From a virus, in the IMG/VR virus record IMGVR_UViG_3300025889_000075, positions 32,001 through 96,000 of that record: DNA of 64,000 bases. One strand, given 5' to 3'. The position numbers were made by a program, and so were the translations under genes. Of the stretch, positions 40,101 to 48,173 are shown in pieces; position 1 is the first letter of the stretch, and each line of letters opens with the position of its first letter. Under the pieces are notes generated by a model. It was given only the letters and a program-made list of their open reading frames with translations, was not told the origin of the DNA and ran no database searches.

Positions 40101-42696
40101 TGACTCTGCATATATTCAAGCAAGACAAACAGATGTATATCGTGATTCTGCTTTCGTTACTGGTATTGTTACAGCGTCTTATATTCAATCTAATCAAACT
40201 ACGTATTCTACTGCAGATTTTGTTGATTCTGCTTATGTTACTACCCAGTTAGCAACAATAGACTCAGCATATGTCCAGTTACGTCAAGCAGCACCTACTG
40301 CTTCACAGGTTCGTGCTTTCTTAGTTGCTGGTAGTAATATCACTTATGATTCAGCGAGCGGTGTTATTAGTTCAACTGCTAGTGGTGGTAGTGGTTTAGA
40401 TTCAGCAGCAGCAAATATTCTAATTGACGCTTCAATTCAAGCAATTGACATCGACGACTTCACTAATGTTTCTGGTACTAATGGATATTTCCTCAAGAGT
40501 ATCGGTAATCGTGAAGCAACTTGGGCAACGATACCTGCTAGTGGATTAGATTCTGCGTCGGTAATATCGTTAATTGATTCTGCTTATATCCAAGCAAAAC
40601 AGTCTGATATCTTCAGAGATTCAGCGTTTGTAACTGGGATTATTGATACTGCCTACATTCAAGCAAGAGATCGTATTAGAGACTCTAACTTTGTTCAAGA
40701 TATTGCTGATTCTGCTTATGTCCAGTTGAGACAAGCAGCACCAACAGCATCTCAGGTTAGAGCGTTTTTAGTTGCTGGTAGTAACATTACTTATGATTCC
40801 GCTTCGGGTGTTATCAGTTCAACTGCGAGCGGGTCATTAGATTCTGCTGGCGCTATAGCATTAATAGATTCTGCTTATGTACAGTTACGACAAGCAGTAC
40901 CAACGGCAGCACAGGTAAGACCATTCTTAGTCGCTGGTAGCAATATCACTTATGACTCAGCGACTGGTGTAATTTCTTCGACTGCTAGTGGTGGTGGTAG
41001 CGGAATCGATTCTGCTGCTGCTAACTTATTAATTGATGCGTCGATACAAGCAATTGATATTGATGATTTCACTAATGTGTCAGGAACAAACGGCAAATTC
41101 CTTAAGAGCGTAGGTAACAGAGAAGCGACTTGGGCGACAGTGATGGATTCTTCTGGTGTTTCTGGTATGCTTTCAAGTTATGCCGGAAATATTGTTCCCG
41201 CTCTTGACTCTACTTATGACCTTGGATCTTCTTCTAAGAAATGGAAAGATCTTTGGTTGAGTGGTAGCACCATTCACTTAGGCACGGCAAAACTTAAAGC
41301 GGCAGCAGATGGTAATCTTGAAGTATTTGATAGTACTGGTACAACTCGTAAGAGTTTACAAGTTGACGAATTGATTATTGGTACTGGTACGAATAAGATT
41401 AAACTGCGTAAATCTGGTTCTGGTCGATTCGAAGCGAAAAGGTTTAATTCTACAACTGATACTGAAGTAGATTCAGACGCTACTAACGTAATTGTTGTTA
41501 AAGTAAGCGGAAGTGCTTATCAGTTAGATGGAACAACTCGCGCTGATACATTTATGAGTCCAAACGTAACCTATCGTTTTGATCAGTCTCATTCAAGTAA
41601 CAGCGGTCATCGATTAGCAATTTCAACCACAAGCGATGGTACTCATAACAGCGGTGCTGAAATAACTGGAGCGTCTGTTTATAATCAGGTTGGAACTCCT
41701 GGTTCTTCTGGAGCATATACTGAAATTGCTTTTGCTGCAGGAAACACGAAGTATTATTACTATTGTGAATCGCATAGTGGATATGGTGGTACAATTAATA
41801 CACATCCATGGTCTGCTATTTCAGTAACAGATGCAGGTGGTGATGGTTCGTTAACGATGTCAACCAAAGGTGTTATTACTTACACTGGACCAAGTGCTTC
41901 TGAAGTAAGAGCGCATATTGATTCTTCTTATATTCAGGCAAGGCAAGCAGCACCAACAGCAGCACAGGTAAGACCATTCTTAGTTGCTGGCAGCAATATC
42001 ACTTATGACTCCGCTACTGGCGTAATTAGTTCAACAGCGTCAGGTGGTGGCGGTAGTGGTGGTTTAGATTCAGCAGCAGTAATATCTTTAGTTGACTCTG
42101 CTTATGTACAATTAAGGCAGTCTGCTGGAGGTGGCGGTGGTGGATCACAAAATGTGTTCTCAACAATTGCTGTCTCGGGTCAGTCGAGTGTTGTCGCTGA
42201 TACTACAACGGATACGCTAACTCTTGTTGCTGGCAGCAATATTACGTTAACAACCAATGCTTCTACTGATACTATTACTATTGCATCATCTGGCGGTGGT
42301 GGCGGTGGTGCTAGCAGTTTAATCTTTACAATGGATCAATTTGGTACACTAGCGACTACTACAGGTACTGCAAGGTGGTATGCACCGTTTGATTTAACAG
42401 TTAGTAAGATTATCGGTAGGGTTGACAGTGCACCAACTGGAGGATCTATAGATAGTTCTGGCATTGAATTTAGAATACATCGTTACGATTCTACTGGATC
42501 ATCAATAGATACTTTAATGGCTATAAATAATGGTAGTTATAATGTTAAAAATACAAGTCCAACACTAGATTCTGCTGGTGGTGGTGGAGCAGTTACATTT
42601 ACAATGAATGAAGACGATTACCTTCTTCTCGATGTTGAAAAAGTAGGGTCAACTCTTCCAGGACAGAACTTAAAAGTAACCTTTGTATATTCGTAG
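34129..42696 (+). CDS. Giant modular tail fibre (2855 aa), Asp-Ser-rich
   Basis: IILKKSS..P...LAYGELALNYSDGKLYYK N-terminus; five APG.L.TLNE.AAA.xDD fibre motifs; many interleaved repeats; cupredoxin-like domain near the C-terminus. Confidence 0.85.
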   Translation: MAQNIILKKSSVLGRIPDSSDLAYGELALNYSDGKLYYKKSNNEIDFFLTDSNLDSDFITSRVSAGSLALTNSQISAVVDELTNDIKPLLDALYDIGDSVRTWKDLYLDSQGKVYFGPSNFFNLSKLNSILDSADVVSLINNNVTGLNSDQANTLIDAKIQIIDIGDIVGADGNSGQILKSLGNGNATWINQADLVRPHLVAGANITYDSATGVITADLSSAGLDSAAVTGIIDSAYIQARQADIFRDSAFITGIIDTAYIQARDRIRDSNFVQDIVDSAYVQLRQAAPTAAQVRPFMVAGANITYDSATGVISSTASGTLDSAAVIGIIDSAYIQARDRYRDSGFVTGLIDSSYINSRVTASTDSSTVNTLIDAKIQVIDIGDVVGADGNSGQVLKSLGNGNSTWVNTSTFVTLDSSTLTSGFAGNIIPATDSTYDLGDSTRRWRDLYLSGNTIYLGDSAVLTAAKVNLIPSVALDSSIISSIAVTAAGGIDSALTISLIDSAYVQARQTVYLDSSTVQGVISAAYIQANQTTYSNADFADSAFVTAQINNLIDGAPGALNTLNELAAALNDDSDAYNTLLSLINANTSAVAGKLDSALTISLIDSAYIAARTTSGTDSAAVNTLIDAKIQVIDIGDVVGADGNSGQLLKSLGNGNSTWVNAADIVRPQLVAGSNITYDSATGVISSSASGVDSALTSQLIDSAYVQLRQIKYSTADFVDSAYVTTQINNLIDGAPGALNTLNELAAALNDDSQAYNTLLALINANTTAVAGKLDSALTTQLINAAYIQANQTNFLDSALTTQLISAAYIQANQTTYDFLDSAEVISLIDSAYIAARTTSGTDSASVNSLIDAKIQVIDIGDVVGADGNSGQLLKSLGNGNSTWVDAFDSTAVSGILSGYAGNIVPSADSTYSLGSPTKKWKDLYLSGNTIYFGDSVTLSAQQVQYIPTSVATVVDSASVRALFTSAGDLNYNESTGTFSLTVSSVVDSAYIAARSGAISSVNNNFNPGANQQYSLGDSNNRWKDLYLSDSSIIFGTTATLTAAKINLIPTVLLDSAIIKNTIIDAAYIQANQTTYSTADFVDSAYVTTQINNLIDAAPGALNTLNELAAALGDDANFSTTITNQIAGKLDSSLTTQLIDSSYIQLRQAAPTASQVRAFLVAGSNVTYDSATGVISASVSGGSGINSDQANTLIDASIQAIDIDDFTNVSGTNGYFLKSLGNREATWATIPASGLDSSAAIALIDSAYIQARQTDIFRDSAFITGLIDSAYIQAKQSDIFRDSAFVTGIVDTAYIQARDRIRDSNFVQDIVDSAYVQLRQAAPTAAQVRAFLVAGSNITYDSASGVISSTASGSLDSAGAIALIDSAYIQARQSSGGGGGIDSAAANILIDASIQAIDIDDFTNVSGTNGYFLKSLGNREATWATIPASGLDSAAAITLIDSAYIQARQADIYRDSAFVTGIVNASYIQSNQTNFLDSSLTTQLINAAYIQANQTTYSTADFVDSAYVTAQINSLIDGAPGTLDTLNEIAAAINDDANAYTTLVGLINAMPDSSWITALPVSTFSNDANYLDSTTVQGVISSSYIQTNQTTYSTADFPDSAGVITLIAANETTYSTADFTDSAYVATQLATIDSAYVQLRQAAPTAAQVRAFLVAGSNITYDSATGVISSTASGGVDSAAANSLIDAKIQVLDIGDVVGDDGNSGQLLKSLGNGNSTWVNAADIVRPQLVAGSNITYDSATGVISSTASGTLDSNAVIGIVDSAYIQARQADIFRDSAFITGIISSSYIQSNQTNFLDSALTTQLISAAYIQANQTTYSTADFPDSAYVTTQINNLIDGAPGALNTLNELAAALNDDSQAYNTLLALINSNTTAIAGKLDSALTISLIDSAYVAARSSAGSSGLDSAAANSLIDAKIQVIDIGDVVGTDGTSGQILKSLGNGSSTWIDQADLVRPHLVAGSNITYDSSTGVISSTASGGGLDSAGAIALIDSAYIQARQTDVYRDSAFVTGIVTASYIQSNQTTYSTADFVDSAYVTTQLATIDSAYVQLRQAAPTASQVRAFLVAGSNITYDSASGVISSTASGGSGLDSAAANILIDASIQAIDIDDFTNVSGTNGYFLKSIGNREATWATIPASGLDSASVISLIDSAYIQAKQSDIFRDSAFVTGIIDTAYIQARDRIRDSNFVQDIADSAYVQLRQAAPTASQVRAFLVAGSNITYDSASGVISSTASGSLDSAGAIALIDSAYVQLRQAVPTAAQVRPFLVAGSNITYDSATGVISSTASGGGSGIDSAAANLLIDASIQAIDIDDFTNVSGTNGKFLKSVGNREATWATVMDSSGVSGMLSSYAGNIVPALDSTYDLGSSSKKWKDLWLSGSTIHLGTAKLKAAADGNLEVFDSTGTTRKSLQVDELIIGTGTNKIKLRKSGSGRFEAKRFNSTTDTEVDSDATNVIVVKVSGSAYQLDGTTRADTFMSPNVTYRFDQSHSSNSGHRLAISTTSDGTHNSGAEITGASVYNQVGTPGSSGAYTEIAFAAGNTKYYYYCESHSGYGGTINTHPWSAISVTDAGGDGSLTMSTKGVITYTGPSASEVRAHIDSSYIQARQAAPTAAQVRPFLVAGSNITYDSATGVISSTASGGGGSGGLDSAAVISLVDSAYVQLRQSAGGGGGGSQNVFSTIAVSGQSSVVADTTTDTLTLVAGSNITLTTNASTDTITIASSGGGGGGASSLIFTMDQFGTLATTTGTARWYAPFDLTVSKIIGRVDSAPTGGSIDSSGIEFRIHRYDSTGSSIDTLMAINNGSYNVKNTSPTLDSAGGGGAVTFTMNEDDYLLLDVEKVGSTLPGQNLKVTFVYS
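34580..42120 (+). repeat. Interleaved coding repeat modules of the giant fibre
   Basis: By hand: about 12 VAG.N(I/V)TYDS..GVI, 6 LIDAKIQ..DIGD.VG.DG, 4 LIDASIQAIDIDDFTNVSGTNG, 5 APG.L.TLNE, many (I/V)DSAY(I/V)Q. Confidence 0.9.
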
Positions 42697-42704
42697 AGGA
42701 AAAA

Positions 42705-43001
42705 ATGGCAATTACAAATAATGACACTTTTGATTATTTAAAAACAAAATATAATCCACCAGAAGATTATATAGATGATTCAGCAGGTAGTGAAAGATCT
42801 TGGTTTTATTTTTCATCAAATACTGCCAATAATGAGCAGTTTCATGTAGATTATGTTTTTGAGAATGCTAATCAAGCAGAATTTATTATGTCGTCTATGT
42901 CAGGAACATATAAAGAAATGGTATCTATTGGATATGGAACTTTATCTGCAGCAGCTGCTGAACATTGGACAGAAATTGTTAGTGTTGAAGGAGAAGAATA
43001 A
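42705..43001 (+). CDS. Hypothetical acidic protein
   Basis: SD GAGGA; TAATG-coupled to the next gene. Confidence 0.65.
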   Translation: MAITNNDTFDYLKTKYNPPEDYIDDSAGSERSWFYFSSNTANNEQFHVDYVFENANQAEFIMSSMSGTYKEMVSIGYGTLSAAAAEHWTEIVSVEGEE

Positions 43002-44185
43002 TGGCATATTTTTTTGCGGCTATTAATACAAACAATACGATTGATCTGTCAACGATTGGAAGTATAATTCAAAGATGTGATGATGGAACTACTTCAATGA
43101 GTGTTTCTGCTCCATTTTCTTCCGGCGATTCTTTCCAGTCAGGAACATTACCAACTGCAGGAATTTATGAAGTGACTTCATCTTCAGCGGCGGCGGTTAG
43201 ATTTAAAAAATATCATTATGCTAAGGGTCAAGATAGTGGGAATTTTCAGGCATATACTGAAGTTAGTATTGATTGGGATAGTTCATATGGAATAAGATGG
43301 ACCTTACGGTCTTCTAATGGATCATATGGAATTCCTGCTACTCCATATGATCATCATATGAATAGCCAATATATTCCGACTTCTCCAACATCGCCAACCA
43401 ATCTTCAAGTAATGAAATTGGGTACTGGGGGATTAAGCGCTTATGAGGGATTTCATATCATTGCTAATGATAAAGTTTTTGCGATTGCATTAAATTATGG
43501 CACCTCCTCGACCTATGGTGCGTTGGTATCTGATTTAGAATATATTGCTGCTTTGGACGCTGGGTCGTTTACTGATAATTCTGTTTATACTCCTCAAGTA
43601 TCGCATGTGTGGATTGCTCAGTATCAAAATACAAAATCAGCATACCCACCCTCAGCCAGTTATGCCAACTCTGGATATTTTTATCGATGGCAGTATAAAG
43701 ATTATGCTGGTAATTATCAAAATGGACCAGCACCGTATGGTCATGTTTTTTATTCTCCTCCAACAACTTATGTAGTAAAAGGAGGTAGTTATCCCACAAC
43801 GGCAAATATCAGTTATGCTGGTTATAACTTTAATTATGATGAAAGTTATAGTTACTATGGTACAACATTACCAGAACCAAGGAGAAGAATTTTTCCATTA
43901 AAAAGTTCTACTGGAACAATTCATCCGTTAATACCAATGGTTTGGTTTGGGCATGCAAATGGTGGCGCTAATAGTGGTAATTTTAATACTGGTGACCCAA
44001 GAGTTTCTAGAATGCTTGACATGTATAGAACATCTGAAGAAACATTTCAAAACGGAGATATTGTAACTGATAATGGAGTTAAGTATAGAGTACTTAAATG
44101 GAATAAAGGTGGATCATGTGATATGTATGAAGCAGTTGCCTGTCAAGCACTAGCATTTCCAGAAAATAGTACAGCGTTCTCATGA
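43001..44185 (+). CDS. Putative virion/fibre-tip protein
   Basis: Tyr/Ser/Gly-rich, beta-type composition; SD GGAG; downstream of the giant fibre. Confidence 0.55.
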   Translation: MAYFFAAINTNNTIDLSTIGSIIQRCDDGTTSMSVSAPFSSGDSFQSGTLPTAGIYEVTSSSAAAVRFKKYHYAKGQDSGNFQAYTEVSIDWDSSYGIRWTLRSSNGSYGIPATPYDHHMNSQYIPTSPTSPTNLQVMKLGTGGLSAYEGFHIIANDKVFAIALNYGTSSTYGALVSDLEYIAALDAGSFTDNSVYTPQVSHVWIAQYQNTKSAYPPSASYANSGYFYRWQYKDYAGNYQNGPAPYGHVFYSPPTTYVVKGGSYPTTANISYAGYNFNYDESYSYYGTTLPEPRRRIFPLKSSTGTIHPLIPMVWFGHANGGANSGNFNTGDPRVSRMLDMYRTSEETFQNGDIVTDNGVKYRVLKWNKGGSCDMYEAVACQALAFPENSTAFS

Positions 44186-44186
44186 T

Positions 44187-44468
44187 ATGCCGTCTGCGGA
44201 TTCTTCTACTGGAACCTCAATATTACTAGATTCTTCTTGGGAAAATTATTTCACCTTTTCTAGAAGTATTTCTGGATTAAGTTTTTTAGATTCAGATCTC
44301 CACATTGTAGAAAAAAATATATTTGGTAATTCTTTAGATTCCGATGACGCTGCATTTTCTTTTGGCACTAAACAAATTTCTGGTTTGCTTGATGATTGGG
44401 ATAAGGGATCTGATCCTCCTGTTGCAATACAACCTGGTTATAGAAAACAATTTTGGTGGGATGGATAA
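44187..44468 (+). CDS. Small hypothetical protein with four DS motifs
   Basis: Fills the gap between coupled neighbours; ADSS, LDSS, LDSD, LDSD. Confidence 0.6.
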   Translation: MPSADSSTGTSILLDSSWENYFTFSRSISGLSFLDSDLHIVEKNIFGNSLDSDDAAFSFGTKQISGLLDDWDKGSDPPVAIQPGYRKQFWWDG

Positions 44469-45487
44469 TGCCTGATTTTAATGAATTCGAAGGCAAAACC
44501 ATGATAAAAATACGTGGGTTAATTCTTGGTGGCGATCAATACCAAGAAAAAACTCAAGTGTTTTCAACACAAAGGTTTACTAGAGGTACTGCAGCAACTT
44601 TCGCTTCAGGTGGAGCAGCTGAACCTGGCGGCGTTGTTTTTACTACTACTGGTACACACAGTTGGACAGTTCCAGCTGGTGTTACAGAAGTTCATGTTGT
44701 TTGTGTTGGTGGTGGAGGTGGGTCAGCTGGATCTGGATCAAACAGAGCTGGTGCAGGCGGCGGTGGCGGTGCATTATCGTATGGTACTGTTTCAGTAACC
44801 GCAGGTTCTTCATATACTGTTGTTGTTGGCGCTGGTGGTGCAGGTGGATCAAATAATGCATCAAATGGCGTTTCCGGCGGTGCCTCCTATTTCAGCGCTA
44901 CAGATGTTTTATATGCTGGTGGCGGTAGCGGTGGTGCTTGGGCGAGTCAGAGTTCTGGAGCAGGATCAGCAACATCAGGCGGTTCTAGTTCAGGTTCGGC
45001 AAGACTTGGTGGTGGTTCAGGTGGTTCAGGTGGAAACTCTTTTTACAATGGTGCAGGCGGCGGTGGCGGCGGTGCAGGTGGATACTCTGGTAATGGCGGC
45101 AACGGGAGTTATAGTAATAACAATGTCGGTGGCACTAATGGATCTGGTGGTGCTGGAGGAGGTGGTGGCGGTAGCAGCGGTGGCCATGGCGGCGGTGGTG
45201 GTGTCGGCATATACGGTGAAGGCACCAGTGGAAACTTTGGTGGCAGTACTGGTGGATATGGCGGTTCTGGTGGAGATAATGGGCAAAATGATAATGCTAA
45301 TGGTACTACTAAAGGTGCTAATGGTGGCGCGTATGGGGGCGGTGGTGGTGCACAAGAGGACGATACTACGTCTTCTGGTGGCAATGGTGCCAATGGGGTG
45401 GTTCGAGTTATATGGGGTACTGGACGATCATTTCCTTCTACTGACGTAGATGCAGCATCATCAACTGCCGGAGAAACAACAGTTTAA
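44468..45487 (+). CDS. Glycine-rich (polyglycine-II type) adhesin-like virion protein
   Basis: FTTTGTHSWTVPAGVTEVHVVCVGGGGG, YTVVVGAGG, G.GANGVVRVIW framing polyglycine tracts. Start at ATG 44468 (TAATG). Confidence 0.75.
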   Translation: MPDFNEFEGKTMIKIRGLILGGDQYQEKTQVFSTQRFTRGTAATFASGGAAEPGGVVFTTTGTHSWTVPAGVTEVHVVCVGGGGGSAGSGSNRAGAGGGGGALSYGTVSVTAGSSYTVVVGAGGAGGSNNASNGVSGGASYFSATDVLYAGGGSGGAWASQSSGAGSATSGGSSSGSARLGGGSGGSGGNSFYNGAGGGGGGAGGYSGNGGNGSYSNNNVGGTNGSGGAGGGGGGSSGGHGGGGGVGIYGEGTSGNFGGSTGGYGGSGGDNGQNDNANGTTKGANGGAYGGGGGAQEDDTTSSGGNGANGVVRVIWGTGRSFPSTDVDAASSTAGETTV

Positions 45488-45491
45488 TTTT

Positions 45492-45499
45492 TATAAATA
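45492..45499 (+). promoter_or_regulatory. T4-type late promoter TATAAATA
   Basis: Exact consensus, intergenic. Confidence 0.85.
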
Positions 45500-45535
45500 G
45501 ATGTACAAATCATTATTTCTTAATGGAGTAAAACA

Positions 45536-46477
45536 ATGAGTGATAGCAGTAACAAAGAAGTGGCAATTTATGAAAATATTGTTAGAGATCTTGTCAAGAT
45601 TGAAAACCGCGAAGAGTTTTATGTTCCGGTTGAGAAGGTTTTTGGTCAAGGTACTCTAGCAGAAACACCAAGTTTTGGTGGTAGAAGTTTAGCAGAAAAT
45701 TCTGTAATGGTAACTGAAGCATTTAAGAATACCAACGAACTTCAAAACATCTGGAACAGAAGTCATTCTCAGTGGGACTGGAAACATATTAATATGTCCT
45801 ACCACGGTGACTTTAAAAATGTTCGTCAGATTGCCGCTGAAATTAATCGTAAAAAACAGGCACTTGATGAAGCGAAATGGCGTCATGTCAAGAACGAAAT
45901 CAAGTTAAGGAAGATTGAAGAAAAACTCGAAAACCCTGATCTTGATTATTGGAGGCGAATTGAACTTCAAGTTGAAGTCGCTCAAATGAGAGAAGGTATT
46001 GCTTCTGGTACAACTTATATTGAAGGTGCTATGAAAGATGTTCTTGCTTTGAACAATCTTTATGAGCAAATGAAAGATAAGTTTGAAGGATTTACTGAAG
46101 CAGATTTCGAACGCGAAGAATCAAAATCGCATTTGAAAAGAAGCGTTGTTCAATGTATTCGAGATGTTCGTCAAAGTGGTTCTATCACTAAAGGTGAGCA
46201 AGAATATCTTGAACAAATTGGTGTTAATCCAACAAAAATGCTTTATCTAATTCGAGAATATATAAATAAAGAAGAAGCGAAGGACGATTGGAGCGTTACG
46301 GCGTTACATGATTTTGTTGCTAAGATTGTTGATGAATTGATTGACGTTCTTCAGGTCGATCGTAAGAGAATGGAGTTAATGGGTTTCAATCCAGATCCTG
46401 TTGACGCATTAACTTATGATAATAAAGTTGCTCTTAAATTAGAACACAAAGGAGATGACACCGATGGCAGTAGTTGA
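45536..46477 (+). CDS. Coiled-coil hypothetical protein heading the propeller operon
   Basis: SD GGAG; charged helical composition; no recognised family. Confidence 0.7.
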   Translation: MSDSSNKEVAIYENIVRDLVKIENREEFYVPVEKVFGQGTLAETPSFGGRSLAENSVMVTEAFKNTNELQNIWNRSHSQWDWKHINMSYHGDFKNVRQIAAEINRKKQALDEAKWRHVKNEIKLRKIEEKLENPDLDYWRRIELQVEVAQMREGIASGTTYIEGAMKDVLALNNLYEQMKDKFEGFTEADFEREESKSHLKRSVVQCIRDVRQSGSITKGEQEYLEQIGVNPTKMLYLIREYINKEEAKDDWSVTALHDFVAKIVDELIDVLQVDRKRMELMGFNPDPVDALTYDNKVALKLEHKGDDTDGSS

Positions 46478-46790
46478 GTATAAACTCCATGCAGTTGGAA
46501 CTAATGCGATGCAAGCACCGCATTGGATGAAAGATGGTGGTTACTGGCGCAATCCTGATGATCACACAATGGTTGGTTGGGTTCCAGATAACTCTGAATT
46601 TTGGGTACCGGATACAGTAGTCACATTGACTCGTGCTGAATTTATCACGCGTCAGTTGGGCATTCATGCTGCTCATCCGATGACTGAACCAGCAGACCCT
46701 GCAGATCCAGCGTCTGAACCAACGACATTAACCAACGAACAAGTTGAAACGCAAGCAGGTACTTGGTACGATAATTTCCACGCTGAGTAA
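46464..46790 (+). CDS. Hypothetical protein
   Basis: SD GGAG 9 nt before ATG 46464; MAVVEYKLH...DGGYW. Confidence 0.65.
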   Translation: MAVVEYKLHAVGTNAMQAPHWMKDGGYWRNPDDHTMVGWVPDNSEFWVPDTVVTLTRAEFITRQLGIHAAHPMTEPADPADPASEPTTLTNEQVETQAGTWYDNFHAE

Positions 46791-46800
46791 GGAATAACAC

Positions 46801-48171
46801 ATGGCGATTAGTGTTCCTGCTCTTCTGGATTCTGCACAGACCTACGCGAGCGCGGCAGATAGTTCTAATGAGGCAATCAACTTACTACAAATAGTTGATG
46901 CTTCTCACGCGTACACGTCTGGTTATACCCGAAGAAACTATTATGACAGTGCTGGTCAATTACCCACTGCTGATAGTTCTATGGAGGGTATGATCACGCT
47001 CGTTAAAGGCACACAAGCAGGTGGACTAGGTAATGGTCTGTATCTATGTACAGGAACTGCTTGGACAGAATTTTATGATTTAGATTCTGGCGATTATATC
47101 GACCCATTTTCTTTACAAGGTTCAACTTCTGGGTTTGTTGCAGGTGGGCATTATACTTTTGCTACAGCATTAAATTCTATTGGAACATATTCTTTCGGAA
47201 GTTCTGTTACTCTTTCAGATCATGGTGATTTGATTAGTGCATCCGCATATTCTGCACCGTCTAATGATGCTTCTTATGGATATGTTCATGGTGGGGTTAG
47301 AACAGCGCCAGTTCCTAATCCTTCTGTGGATAGATTTTCTTTTTCTAGTTCTACTGGTGGAACAAATGTTGGTAGTTTGTCGTTTTCGTATTATTATGCT
47401 GCAGGTTTTAGTTCACCTTCTTCTTATGGATATAACGTAGGTGGACAAGGGCAGACAATTATTCCATCTTTTCCTAGTACATACGGAAATTCAATTCAGA
47501 AATTTCCTCTAACGAGTTCAACTACCTCAACAGACATTGGAGATTTAGTTGTTAACGTACACAGGCAAATTGCTAATAATTCTACTGAATACGGTTACAA
47601 TTCTGGTGGTACAGCCTCACCATGGTCACCATCTCCAACAGCATTTAGTGCTCCAACTCTAGGACCAAGCGGACCTTCTTGGGGTCCAGGATCATATGGA
47701 ACAAATGATGCCAGCCCAGGCACAACTGATTTTTTTGTTGCTGTTAGAGATAAATTTCCATTTGCATCAGACACTAATTCATCTTGGATTGCTAATTTAA
47801 ATCCTTTCAGATCATCAGGCACTGGTGTTAACTCTTCAGACAAAGGGTTTTTCTTTACTGGATATCAAAGAACAAGTCCCTGGATTGGGATTAATGCCCT
47901 CCAACATTTTCCGTTTGCAAGCGATACTACTATTACTAGTAATGGTCTTCTTCAAACAGTAAATACATATCCTGCAGTGTATGTTGAAGGTTCTGGTTCT
48001 TCTTCAACAGATTATGGATATATCCATGGAAGTAGAGGAACTGCTTCTTATCCAGCAATTACTAGTGACATAATTAGATTTCCATGGTCTGCTACAGGCG
48101 GTGGAGAAACAGACGTTGGAGACATAACTTCTGGATATGGTAGGATTAATGCCACAGGACATCAGGTGTAA
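46801..48171 (+). CDS. Propeller-array paralogue 1 (anchor type A + divergent kelch-like propeller)
   Basis: About 100-aa DS-rich N-terminus; QGSTSG; degenerate KFPF.SDT..GDL...GY..GG repeats; ends GHQV. Confidence 0.75.
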   Translation: MAISVPALLDSAQTYASAADSSNEAINLLQIVDASHAYTSGYTRRNYYDSAGQLPTADSSMEGMITLVKGTQAGGLGNGLYLCTGTAWTEFYDLDSGDYIDPFSLQGSTSGFVAGGHYTFATALNSIGTYSFGSSVTLSDHGDLISASAYSAPSNDASYGYVHGGVRTAPVPNPSVDRFSFSSSTGGTNVGSLSFSYYYAAGFSSPSSYGYNVGGQGQTIIPSFPSTYGNSIQKFPLTSSTTSTDIGDLVVNVHRQIANNSTEYGYNSGGTASPWSPSPTAFSAPTLGPSGPSWGPGSYGTNDASPGTTDFFVAVRDKFPFASDTNSSWIANLNPFRSSGTGVNSSDKGFFFTGYQRTSPWIGINALQHFPFASDTTITSNGLLQTVNTYPAVYVEGSGSSSTDYGYIHGSRGTASYPAITSDIIRFPWSATGGGETDVGDITSGYGRINATGHQV

Positions 48172-48173
48172 TT

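Noticed and set aside
34129-42696. Very high density of GANTC (CcrM/HinfI site) from GAT-TCN and GAC-TCN codons
   Set aside because: The sites I inspected are in the Asp-Ser frame, and many DS pairs use GAT-AGT or GAC-AGT, which are not GANTC. The signal is best explained at protein level; a frame-resolved count would settle it.
44526-45449. Several overlapping alternative-frame and antisense ORFs over the glycine-rich gene
   Set aside because: By-products of GGN/GGT codon runs lacking stops; no SD and no sensible protein composition.
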